A stretch of 64,000 nt of DNA from Felis catus (lineage: Eukaryota): the NCBI RefSeq assembly GCF_018350175.1, contig NC_058368.1:95544001-95608000 (forward strand). Direction: 5' to 3'. Of the stretch, positions 25,171 through 36,787 are shown one piece after another; the stretch's first letter is position 1, and every line of letters begins with the position of its first letter. The notes beneath the pieces are model-generated. The model did not search any database. It saw only the letters and a program-made list of their open reading frames with translations, and was not told where the DNA came from. Made by a program: the position numbers and the translations under genes.

Positions 25171-26690
25171 AGGATACATGTGATTATAAATACAGTTGTA
25201 GTAAGAGTGTTAGGAGAGAACATAGAAAGGTGTTTTTTTTTCTGGTTTTGTGTGTGTGTGTGCGCACGCGTGCGTGTGCAATATAGGCATCAGCAACATT
25301 CATTTAACAGGTATTTCCTGAGCAACTTGTATGTGTCAGTCATTGTAATGGGTCAACGGGGATATAGCAGAGTACAAAACAAGTTCATGCTTTGTGGAAT
25401 TTACATTCCAGAAAGATAAATAATGAGCAGAATAAAGAATCATAACATATGTTAGAAAGTAACAAGTGCTATGAAAAAAATGAAAAAATGAGAGCAGCAT
25501 CAGGGGTGTGCCGAGTATGTGAACGATATAAAATCAAGCAGCCGGGGTGGGCTATACTGAGAAGCAGAATTTAAGCACAAATTTAAGAGCTGGAAAGAGC
25601 TGGCCAAGGGGGAGTTGTTATTTTTTTTCAATTGAGATATAAGTGGCATATGACATAGTATTAGTGTTAAGGGTATGACATGATGATTTAGCCTAGGTTA
25701 TCTTTTGACCACCATTACCCATTTAGCCCACCCTCTACCCCTGCCTCTGCTAACCCCCGATCTGTTTTTTATATCTATGAGGTTTTTTTTTTAATTTCTC
25801 ATAGACTTCACATATAAGTGTGGTCATAGGGTGTTGGGCTTTTCCTGATGGATTTTTCATAGCATAGTGCCACCAGGGTCCATCCATGATGTCAAAAATT
25901 GGCAGGATTTCATTCTGTTTATGGCTGATTAACATTCTGTTGAATATGTATGCCCTATTTTCTTTACTCGTGCATCCATCCCTAGATACTTCAGTTTTTT
26001 TCATGTCTTGACTGTTGTACATGGCAGTAAAAATGGGGGTGCTGATATTTAAGGCAACAATTTCATTTCCTTTGAATAAATACAGGTAGAATTACTGGAT
26101 CAAATGGTAGTTCTACTTCGGGTTTTTTGAGGCACGTCCACACTGTGTTCCATGGTGGGTACACCAATTTACATCCTCTCTGATGGGGCACAAGTATTCC
26201 TTTTTCTGCACACCCTGGCAAAAGGAATCATTTCTTACCCTTCTGATAATAGCCATTATAACAGAGGTGAGGTGATATTGTGGTTTTGATTTGGATTTTC
26301 CATGTTGTTGAGCACCTGTAGGTCTTGCGTGGAAAAAGATGTATTCGGGTCCTCTGCCCATTTTTTTAATTAGAATTTTTCCCATTGAGTTGGTTGTGCT
26401 GTTTATACGTTGGATAGTAGCACCTTATTAGAGAGATGATGTACAACTATTTTCTTCCAAAGTTGTTTTTGTTTAAATTTTGTTGATGGTGTATTTAGAC
26501 TGCACAGAAGCTCTTTAGCTTGATACAGTCCTACGTGTTTATTTTACTTCAGTTGCCTTTGCTTTTGATGTCAGATCCAAAATACAACAACAAGACTGTG
26601 TCAAAGAGCTTAACTCCTATGTTTTCTTCCATGAGTTTCATGGATTCAGGTGTCACATTTAAATGTTTAATTTATTTTGAGTTGATATTT

Positions 26691-26888
26691 GGGGGCTCCT
26701 GGATGACTCAGCTAAGTGTCTGACTCTTGATTTCGGTTCAGGATGTGATCCTAGGGTCATGGGATCGAGTCCCATGTCGGGCTCTTTGCTGAGCCTGGAG
26801 CCAACTGAAGATTCTGTCTCTTTCTCTCTCTCCTCCTTCTCCCTTTGCTCCCCCCACCCTGCTCTCTCTCTCTCTCACAATAAAATTT
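26691..26888 (+). mobile_element. CAN-SINE (older), host of a nested antisense SINE
   Basis: gggggctcctggatgactcag head. TSD tttgagttgat(a/c)ttt at 26676-26690 and 27069-27083. Confidence 0.9.
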
Positions 26889-27056
26889 AATTATGTATAT
26901 AGGGGAGGGGCAGAGAGAGAATGGGGGAGAAAGAGAATCCCAAGAAGTTTCTACACCATCAGTGCAGAGCCCGATATAAGACTCAAACTCACAAACCATG
27001 AGACCACAACCTGAGCCAAAGTTGGATGCTTAACCAACTGAGCCACTGAGGAGCCC
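26889..27056 (-). mobile_element. CAN-SINE inserted in the tail of the previous SINE
   Basis: Antisense body, with aataaaat on both flanks (26879-26886 and 27059-27066). Confidence 0.9.
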
Positions 27057-27660
27057 GAAATAAAATACTTTGAGTTGATCTTTGTATGTTGTGGAAAATA
27101 GTGGTCCATTTTCATCCAGGCTGTTGATATGGCTGTTGAGTTTTGCCAACACCGTTTATTAAGCAGACTGCCCTTTTCCCATCTATGTGTCTTTCTCTGA
27201 CTGACTTCACTTAGCATGATGCCAACAAGGTCCATCCATGTTGTCACAATTGGCAGGATTTCCTTCTTTTTATGGCTGAATAGTATTCTGTTGCGTATAT
27301 ATGCCACATTTTCTTTATCCATTCATCCATCAATGGATACTTTGGTATCTTCTTGGCTCCTTTGTCATAAGTTAATTGACCATATATGCATGGACTTATT
27401 CGTGGCTTTATATTCAGTTGCATTGACCTGTGTCACAGTTTTTATGCCAATACTCTACTGTGTAGATGACCATAACATCTGTAATAGAGTTTGAAATCAA
27501 GAAGTGTGACGCCTCCAGCTTTGTTCTTCTTTCTCAAGATTGCTGTGACTAATTGGGGTCTTTTATTCCATACAAATGGTAGAATTGTGTTTGTATATGT
27601 GGAAAATACCACTAGAATTGCCTTGAATTTGTAGATTGTTTTGGATAGTACAGACATTTA

Positions 27661-27891
27661 TTTATTTTTTTTTAATTTTTTTTTCAACGTTTTTTAATTT
27701 ATTTTTGGGACAGAGAGAGACAGAGCACGAACGGGGGAGGGGCAGAGAGAGAGGGAGACACAGAATCGGAAACAGGCTCCAGGCTCCGAGCCATCAGCCC
27801 AGAGCCTGACGCAGGGCTCAAACTCACGGACCGTGAGATCGTGACCTGGCTGAAGTCAGAGGCTTAACCGACTGCGCCACCCAGGCACCCC
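27661..27891 (-). mobile_element. Young feline CAN-SINE
   Basis: Same diagnostic variants as the copy at 3339. Perfect TSD agtacagacattta at 27647-27660 and 27892-27905. Confidence 0.97.
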
Positions 27892-28614
27892 AGTACAGAC
27901 ATTTAAACAGTACTGAGTATTCCAGTTCCAGGATGTATTTAAACATTTGTTTGTGTCTTCTTCAGTTTAATTCATCAGTGTTACAGTTTTCAGTGTATGG
28001 ATGTTTTATCTCCTTGGTGAAATTTAGTCCTTGGTGTTTTGTCTTTTTGATGTAATTGTAAAGGAGAATTTTTTTTTTCTTAATCTCTCTTTCTGATACT
28101 TCATTATTAGTTTAGAGAAATATCAGTGATTTTTGTATATTGATTTTCTATCCTGAAAAATTACTGAATTCATTTATTCTAATAGATTTTGGGTAGAATT
28201 TTTAGGGCTTTCTATATGTAATATGTGATCTGTCACTAATGACAGATTTTGCTTTCTCCTTTATGCTTTGGCTACCTTTTATTTTCCTTCCCTAATTACT
28301 CTGGCTAGGACTGCTAGTACTATGTTGAGAAAATAGTAAGAGTGAGTATCCTTGTGTTGTTCCTGATCTGAGAGTAAAAGCTTTCAGCTTTTCATTAGTG
28401 ACTCTGATGCTTTCCTTACATGACCTTTCATTATGTTGAGTGATGTTGAGACTTTTGGTAATGAAAGGGTGTTGAATTTTGTCAAATGCTTTTTCTGATC
28501 GTATGATTTTTACTTTTAATTTTGTTAATGTGTTGCATCATATTGGTTTGCAGACCTAGAGCCATCCTTCCAACACTGGAATATGTCTCATTTGATCATG
28601 GTGTATGAACTTTT

Positions 28615-28822
28615 TTTTTTATGTTTATTTATTTTTGACAGAGAGAGAGACAGAGCATGAGTGGGGGAGGGTCAGAGAGAGAGGGAGACAACAGAATCTG
28701 AAGAAGGCTCCGGGCTCTGAGCTGTCAGCACAGAGCCTGACGGGGGCTTGAACCCACCGACCGCGAGATCGTGACCTGAGTCAAAGTCGGACGCTCAACC
28801 GACTGACCCACCCAGGAGCCCC
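28615..28822 (-). mobile_element. CAN-SINE (feline)
   Basis: Antisense body with gaacttttt on both flanks. Confidence 0.95.
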
Positions 28823-30639
28823 AGAACTTTTTAATGTATTGTTGAATTCAGTTTGTTAATGTATTGTTGAGGATTTTTGCGTTCCTGTTTATTAGGGATA
28901 TTAGTCTATAATTTTCTTATATTCTCCTTGTCTGGTTTTGGTCTAAGGGGATGTTTCCTGAAAGGAGTGCCTGCATGAGGGACAATTAAAGACTGTAGGC
29001 TGGAAGCATCCTTGTGTTGAAGGGACAACAAAGTGTGCCTAGAGCAAAGTGAGTCAAGGCAGTAGCGAGAGAGGGGATCAGAAAAGTAACAGGGGACCTT
29101 TCTTTTTTTTTCTTTTTTTGGATGGGTGTTGGAGACCACATAAAGGACTTTGGTTTTTCCTTGGAGTTAAATGGAGAGCTAATGCAGTGAACTGAGTTAA
29201 AGGGTATGCCATTAAAAGGAGTTGAAATGAAAACTCTGAAACAGAAAAATTTTCTGACGTTGAACTATTTAGGATATAAACGTAAAAATCCAATGCAGAA
29301 TACAGGTGCACTTGTCTTTAGGAAAATCACTGATACCAAATGCCTGAAATCACATCAATGTAAACCTTGACTGTAATAATTCCCCCATGTTTAACTGAGG
29401 GGTTAAGTTCTAGTTAATCTTTTGTTAGAAAATATCAATTTTATAAACCAGAGAGTAGAACTTCTAATAGTCTTGTATACATGCTTACAGTTGGCAGGAA
29501 ATTTTGAGAGTTTAATATGCAATATTGCTAAGGTAACTGGTCAAGTCTTCTAAAGACTAGAAAGAATAAAAATACTTGTATTTATAGATTGTATTAGATA
29601 TTTCACAATTTGTAAACTGCTTTTCATAATAAGTAGTAAATGTTATCTGACTATTTATGACACAAATCCCCAAGATTGAAGGTGTATAGCCAAGGCATTA
29701 GTTTCATAGAACAGTTCATGTCTGTGTATGCTATTTCTGCTGTTTTTAATTCAGTTCAATTCTACTCTATATTTGTTGTGATCTCTGGCTTTAATATATA
29801 TATTTTTCTTTTTTTCTGGAGCGATACCTTGCTGGGTCATTCATGACCTGCGGACCCCTCTCTGATCTTTCCATTACATTCAGCTCTAAGAAAATACATG
29901 TACAAACTTATAATCAAATACGAATGACTGTCAATTCAAATGTTGCCTTTCTTGGAACACTCTCCAGGAGAAGAGTGGAGGTTTGCCTGGAAAAATATCA
30001 GACAGATTCTGGGCAAAGGCAAACTGGTGAGCATCGTGTTGGCCCGGAAACCTTTGCGTGCATGGGGAGAGGTCTGACCCTGAAGGCAATAAGTGCGGGT
30101 GCCATGGGCCAGCTGAATCGAAGCTTCTGCCTTCAAAGAACCTGCGACTACCTCTGTTCCTCAGGCGACTGAGGGCCAGCTAACCTCATTTCTGAGGTGA
30201 TACCTCGGATCATAGGAGGTCCCAGCAACCAGGGAAAGAATAGTTCTTAGGAAAAGAAAAGCAGCTCCCCCTAACTGAGCACTTGTCCTGCACTTACACA
30301 GCTACACAGGCTCTAAGGTCCTACATTTCCAATTCTGCAGGAGTTTCCCAAGATTTAGAGCAAATTCCAGAGTCCGAATACCGATTTTCAATTTTTAACT
30401 AGATCTCCTACGTACTAATTGTCCAGTACATTCTACTAGCGTAATTAAATTTTCCTGCGAGTCTCGTAATGCCAAATAAAGTAAACGGCCCAAAAGAACA
30501 TGGGACATTTTTGTGTTTTCAAAGTCAGCTGGCCATAACAGTGTGTAGGAGAGCTGCTTAAATACTGTGATGTGAATCTATACCAAAAACCATAAAAAGC
30601 ACATTATGATTTATAAGCATGAACCTAGGGAACTGCTCC

Positions 30640-30735
30640 TTAAACGTCCTAAGGTATCCACTTGCGATGTTAGCTGTGTAACTTGGAACTTAGTCCACCC
30701 CTCTGAACCTCAGTTTACTCATTTGAGGAAAAAAA
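30640..30735 (+). mobile_element. MIR relic
   Basis: tagctgtgtaacttggaacttagtccacccctctgaacctcagtttactcattt. Confidence 0.7.
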
Positions 30736-31389
30736 AAATAGTGGTTGTATTTTCATTGTCATTCAGTTCAAAATATTTAGAATTTTTTCCTACGAGTTTT
30801 GTTTTCAATACTTATTCATAAGTCTGTTTAAATTGCAGATATTTGGAGTTTCCCTAGTTATCTGACTGATGATTTTTAATTTAATATCGGTGTGGCCAAA
30901 GAGAATGCCCCATATCATTTCAGTTTTTTAAATATATCGATGCTTGTTTTATGACAGTACATACTCTTTTATAGTGCACAAGGTAGATTACATTCACCAT
31001 ATGAATGTGCAATGAAAATATTTATTTTGCAGTTGTCAGATATTATGTCCCTTAAATGCCAGTTAGATCCAGGTGGTTAGTAGTGTTGTTCTGACCATGC
31101 AAGTCTGTACTGATTATTTTTGCCAACATGTTCTACCAATTGCTACTGTTAAGTGAGTGTGTAATTGCTTATTTCTCCTTTAATTTTGTCCATTTCTGCT
31201 TCATGTATTTCAAAGTTCTATTATTGGGTGCATACATTTATAATTTTTATTCTTTTTGATGAATTATCCTTCTTACCATTACGAAGTATCCCTCTTAGTA
31301 ATACTAGTTTCCTTGAAGTTTGCATTATTGTAACTCAACAGTTTTTATGCTTCTTGTGTTATATATCTTTTTCTTTCAAGTTATTTTCC

Positions 31390-31622
31390 TTCTTAAAATT
31401 TTTTTTAAATGTTTATTCTTGAGAGAGACAGAGAGAGAGAGAAAGGGTGACAAAGCATGAATGAGGGAAGGGCAGCGAGAGAGGGAGACACAGAGTCCGA
31501 AGCAGGCTTCAGGCTCCAAGCCATCAGCAGAGAGCCTGATGTGGGGCTCAAACTCATGAACCATGAGATCATGACCTGAGCTGAAGCTGGATGCTTAACC
31601 AACTGAGCCAACTAGATGCCCC
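31390..31622 (-). mobile_element. CAN-SINE (feline)
   Basis: Antisense body with tcaa(g/t)ttattttc on both flanks. Confidence 0.94.
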
Positions 31623-31689
31623 ACTATCAATTTATTTTCAATTTGTCTATCTTGTAGAAAGCATGTAATCAAGCCATCTTTTTTTTTTT

Positions 31690-32430
31690 TCTTAATTTTA
31701 GTTTTTTAGGAAGAGTTTCAGAAGAATCGGTATTAATTCTTCTTTCAATGTTTGGTCGAATTCTCCAGGGCAGCCATATATTTCTGGCATTTTTTGTGCT
31801 GGGAGGTTTTTGATAATTGATCAATCTCTACTTATTATTGTTCTGTGCAGATTTTCTATTTCTTCCTGATTCAGTCTTGGTAGGTTGTGTGTTTCCAGGA
31901 ATTTATCCATTTTTTCTAGGGTGTCTAATTTGCTGGCATAGAATTGTTCATCATAGTCTCTTAAGGTCATGTTTCTATACTATCAGTTATAGTGTCTCCT
32001 CGTTCCTTTCTGGTTTTATTTGAGTTTTATCTCTTCCTTCTTAGTTTAGCTAAAGGTTTGTCAGTTTTGTTTATCTCTTGGAAAGACCAGCTCTTAGTTT
32101 CATTGATTTTTTCCCTCTTTTATTTTTACTGTCTCTATTTCATTTATTTCTACTCTGATCTTTATTATTTCCTTCCTTCTTCTAACTTTGGACTTAGTTT
32201 GTTCTTCTTTTTCTAGTTCTTTGTGGTATAGAGTTAGGTTGTTTTTCTAGGATCTCTCAAATTTCTTAGTATATACCTTCATCACTGTAAACTTTTTTCT
32301 CAGAACTGCTTTTGCAGCATCGTGTAGATTTTGGTATGTTTCCATTTTTAATGTTTTGAGACATTTTAAAATTTTCCTTTCTCTTTTGACCCGCTGGTTG
32401 TTAAGCCTGTTGCTTCATTTTTAGATTCAA
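31690..32430 (-). mobile_element. Internal L1 ORF2 fragment lacking a 3'UTR
   Basis: ggaagagtttcagaagaatcggtattaattcttc...agctaaaggtttgtcagttttgtttatc is antisense mid-ORF2. Confidence 0.88.
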
Positions 32431-32635
32431 ATCTTAATGTTTTCACCCATGCTGATAATCTCTGCCTTTGGTTGTGGTGTTTAGACCCATACCATTTACT
32501 GTGATTATTGTTATGATAGGCATTTGGTCTGAAACTTGATTACCTATCGGCCGTTTGTCTTTACTGTTACATGTTCTCATGTCTATCCTTTGGGCCTGCA
32601 TTTAGATGTTTTCATTATTTTTGTATTCCACTTAA

Positions 32636-32860
32636 GGGGCGCCTGGGTGGCGCAGTCGGTTAAGCGTCCGACTTCAGCCAGGTCATGATCTCGCGGTCCG
32701 GGAGTTCGAGCCCCACGTTGGGCTCTGGGCTGATGGCTCGGAGCCTGGAGCCTGTTTCCGATTCTGTGTCTCCCTCTCTCTCTGCCCCTCCCCCGTTCAT
32801 GCTCTGTCTCTCTCTGTCCCAAAAATAAATAAAAATGTTGAAAAAAAAATTAAAAAAAAA
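32636..32860 (+). mobile_element. Young feline CAN-SINE without an evident TSD
   Basis: CpG-rich and nearly identical to the 3339 copy. Confidence 0.96.
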
Positions 32861-33429
32861 TATCTGTTGGCTTTTGGCTATCCTTTGTGTGTGGGGGTTT
32901 TTGTTTTGTTTCGTGTTTGTGTTTTTTTGGAGTTGTTGTAGTGGTTATAACATATATAACGAACTTACCACAATCTACTTAGGGTTAATCTTGTATCCAT
33001 GGAAAATATAAACAGTTAATAATAACAACAGTACCTTTATCACCACCCTTAATATTGTCATATATATTACTTTCATTTATATTGGAAACGCCACTAATGC
33101 CCAGATATCAGACCTTTATTTTCTTTTACCTCCCATTGCTTTTCCTACAAGTAACTTTTTTCACTTACTGGCTGTGTGTAATTTCATTCTATTTCTCTGT
33201 GTAGTATGCATATTTTTATACAAAAACATCATGATGGTGAACAGAAGTAAGCCAGAGGAGAATATTAACAGGTGATATAGATAGCGGGCAGGGAGCCAGA
33301 CCATGTAGGGCTTTGTAGTCCATTGTGAGGATTGTGGCATTTAAGGTGGGAGAAATGAGACTCGACAAGTTCTCAGCAGAAGGATTGGCAAAATCATATA
33401 AAAATGCTGCTATGTCAACAATAAACTGG

Positions 33430-33652
33430 GGGGCGCCTGGGTGGCTCAGTGGGTTGGGCATCCAACTTCAGTTCAGGTCATGATCTCAAGTTCGTGGGTT
33501 CGAGCCCCGCGTTGGACTCTGCACTGACAGCTCAGAGATGGAGGCTGCTTTGGGTTCTGTATCTCCCTCTCTCTGTGTCTCTCCTCTGCTTGCACTGTGT
33601 TTCTCTTTGTCTCCTGTTAATAAACAAACAAACAAACAAACAAACAAACAAA
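33430..33652 (+). mobile_element. CAN-SINE with (AAAC)n tail
   Basis: Head gggcgcctgggtggctcagt, with aaactg on both flanks. Confidence 0.94.
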
Positions 33653-34566
33653 CAAACTGTAATCGCTTAAGGGTAGAAGCAGGGAGGCCACATAGCATGT
33701 AGGTGCAATGATCCAGGCAAGAGATATTGGTGTCTCAAATCAGGATGTGGCGACTACTGTTTGAATTGCTTACAGATTTTGTTAGTAATGCCAATAAGAT
33801 TTTCAGATGGGTTGGATGTGGAACATGAAAAAAAGAGAAAAGTTAGGAAGGACTCTCAGATTTTTGATTTCTGAAATGGAAAATTTGGAGTTGTCATTAA
33901 GTGAGAAGGGAAAACAATCAGATGCAGTTGTTTCAGTGGGGGGGAGAAATTGAGTTCACTTATGGAGATGTCATAAATGCAATTCACTTATGGTCGATGT
34001 AACTCATGAAAGGGTTTTGGACAGAAGATAGACGTTTGGAAATTACCCCCTAGAGATGGTATATAAAGGGATGAGATGGATGAATTTCCTTGCATGGAAC
34101 AAGTATAAATAGAAAAGAGAATAAGAAAACAAACAAACAAACCTGAGCTCCAGCATCTTGCTATAATTAAAGATCTAGAGGAAAAGGAAGAAAGTAAGGG
34201 ATTTGGGAGGAATAACTATTTAAAGAGAAAGAGAATGAAGGATGTGTATTGTCTGGAAGGCAGGTGAACCAAATCTCTGAAGGAAGTGAAATGAATGTTC
34301 TTGGTCAAATGCTACTGATAGGTCAAATCAAATGACACTTGAGACTAGACCTTTGGGTTTAGCCGCCTGGAATTGATGTCCTCGATGAGAGTCATTTTGG
34401 TGCAGATGTAATGGCAAGAGGGAAGTCAGAGTGGTATATGATTAAGAACGGATGGGGAAATTGGAGGCAAGGTGTAGAGCTAATCTTTCCAAGTAGATTT
34501 GCTGAAAAAGGGAGGAAAGAAATGGCAAGATGGTGATAGCTAATGGGTAAAGCGAGGTCATGAGAC

Positions 34567-34773
34567 GATTTATTTTTTTTATTTTTACAATTTTTATTTA
34601 CTTTAAAATTTATCTGGGAGAGCGTGAGCAAGAGAGAGGGGCAGAGGGAGAGGGCAAGAAAATCTTAAGTAGGCTCCATGCTGAGCATGGAACCCAATGC
34701 ATGGCTCTGGGATCATGACCTGAGTTGAAATGAAGAGTCAGACACTCAAGTGACTGGGCCCCCCAAGGGCCCC
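34567..34773 (-). mobile_element. Older CAN-SINE
   Basis: Diverged antisense body (gggatcatgacctgagttgaaatgaagagtcagacactcaa). Confidence 0.88.
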
Positions 34774-35569
34774 AAGAGAAAGCATTTTTTTTCTTTAAAT
34801 GGAAGGGATGAGGGTGTACTGGTATGCTGATGGGTATGATCAAAGAGAGAAGGGAATGCTGATCAGGAAAGGAAAAGAGTCACAGTTTCTTGACCAGTGT
34901 CCTTGAGTATGTTCATCAACACAGAGAGATTGGGTAAAGTTGAGTGCATGGAGAGATTGTTTTGCTAAAAAGTTAGCAAGCAGAAGTTGTGGGGTTAGAT
35001 GCTGACAGTTAGTTGATGTGGTTGGTAGAGGATGGGAATATTGTCTTCTGACTGCTTCTGCTTCCTTGGTGAAGTGAAGCCAGATCATCATCCGCAAATG
35101 AATGTTGAGGAAGAGGATTTGAGCTTTTGATTGACTGAGAACTTAAAAAACCATCATGCAGGAGAATCAGTGGACACTAGTAGTGTTTTATTTCTTCTGA
35201 GTGTTTGGAAATTCTAGCAATGTATTTTTGGTGTGCCCTTTTTATATTCATCTTGGGGGCCCTTGGTGGGCCCTTTTAATCTGAAAAACTATTTGTTTCT
35301 TTTACTTCAGGCACAAAGAACATCATGAACAAGTTCAGAGAGCTCCATTAAGAAGAATCCTTATGTAACAGAATGTCGGAGTGATAGTTTAGTGAAAGGA
35401 TAGTAAGTTTCTTCAGTAGATGAGAAAGTTTTAAACATTAGTAAGCTCACGTGTTGACTAGCATGTTTTAGGAAACATATTTGCTTTGTACCAAGTCCTT
35501 CACATGGAGTTGACTTTCCCCATTTCACCATCCTGTGGTGTGCCTAAAAGCCAGGCATGTATATTAAAT

Positions 35570-35779
35570 TTTTTTTGATATTTATTTATTTTTGAGAGAG
35601 AGAGAGAGAGACACAGTGCTAGTGGGGGAGGCACAGAGAGAGGGAGACATAGAATCTGAAGCAGGCTCCAGGCTCTGAGCTGTCAGCACAGAGACTGATG
35701 CGGGCTTGAGCCCACAAACAGTGAGATCATGACCTGAGTCAAAGTTGGACGCTCAACCGACTGAGCCCCCAGGCACCCC
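35570..35779 (-). mobile_element. CAN-SINE (feline)
   Basis: TSD ccaggcatgt(a/g)tattaaat at 35551-35569 and 35779-35797. Confidence 0.96.
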
Positions 35780-36563
35780 CAGGCATGTGTATTAAATAGT
35801 AGCTTGCTTGAGTATTCGTTCTTTTTACCTCCTGTTCTCCTGTGAATTGCGCTGAGAAGTTGCTTCTTCAAACTCAGCCTTCTTGCTTTGGATTTCTCCC
35901 TCTGGATTCCTATATTTAGGAACCTCTTTGAATTACTAACTAGTGTTTGGCTCTCAGCTTTGCCTCTCCTTCATGACAATATCCCTGTATCTTTGAGTGG
36001 TCCCGTTCCTTCACTGGGCATTTGCTTTGTGTGACTATCTACCAGCGACCATAGTTTCTGGACCTTAGTCCCTTTCTACCAACCCACAAAACAAATCACA
36101 GGGAAATAAAAGAGGTGAGATCTTTAGGTAGAAGTATAAAGTGGGTTAGAATAAAGAGACAGACTGGAAGCTAGGAGAATATGCTATAGCTAGGTCCCTG
36201 GTGAATAAAGTAGTAAGGAGGTTCCAAACTAGGGCAGTACAGATTTTATTCTTCAACAGTTGTGTTGTGACAAACATTCCTCAAAAGGTGGTATTTCTCA
36301 TATATGCTCGGGACCACTTTATTTCATTAAGGGTATACATTGAGTATATTGAAATCACTCAATAAGTTAGTAGTAACTTTTCAGAAAATGGAGATAACAC
36401 ATAGAAATGCGCAATTGGGTCCAAACTGGTCTTTAGCTGGGTCCAGGATGTTACCTCATGCTATTACCACTCAAATGTGCATCACAATCATGCCAAAGAT
36501 ACATAGACTTTGGAGAATACTTTTCAATTCTTAATTCATTTTCGGTTAAGATCTGATCTTCTT

Positions 36564-36787
36564 GGGGCACCTGGGTGGCTCAGTCGGTTAAGGGTCCGAC
36601 TTCAGCTCAGGTCATGATCTCACAGTTCCAGAGTTCGAGCCCCGCATCAGCCTCTGTGCTGACAGCCCAGAGCCTGGAACCTGCTTCAGATTCTGTGTCT
36701 CCCTCTGTCTTCCCCTCCCCCACTCACGCTCCGTCTCTCTCTCTCTGTCTCTCAAAAATGAATAAACGTTAAATTTTTTTTTTTTTT
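36564..36787 (+). mobile_element. CAN-SINE (feline)
   Basis: TSD taagatctgat(c/t)tt on both flanks. Confidence 0.96.

Larger units (their letters stand above)
25620..28940 (-). mobile_element. 5'-truncated LINE-1 (3'UTR plus ORF2 3' half) containing four SINEs
   Basis: ORF2 motifs in minus-strand ORFs (KKNKAGGVTLLDFKLYY; QHTKINSK). Degenerate TSD ggccaagggggagttgtt / ggtctaaggggatgttt. Confidence 0.92.
25290..29215 (-). mobile_element. L2 relic (25290-25615 and 28945-29215), split by an L1 insertion
   Basis: cattcatttaacaggtatttcctgagca is the antisense L2 3' end. L2-like sequence resumes after the L1. Confidence 0.65.
30745..33200 (-). mobile_element. Old L1M relic (30745-31680 and 32440-33200), interrupted by SINEs and a younger L1 piece
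   Basis: Antisense L1 endonuclease-region and ORF1-region motifs (tgataatctctgcctttggttgtggtgtttagacc). Confidence 0.7.
33230..35115 (-). mobile_element. L2 relic interrupted by two SINEs
   Basis: Purine-rich L2 ORF2 antisense motifs (atgatccaggcaagagat; tggtcaaatgctactgataggtcaa; tctgactgcttctgcttccttggtgaagtg). Confidence 0.8.
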
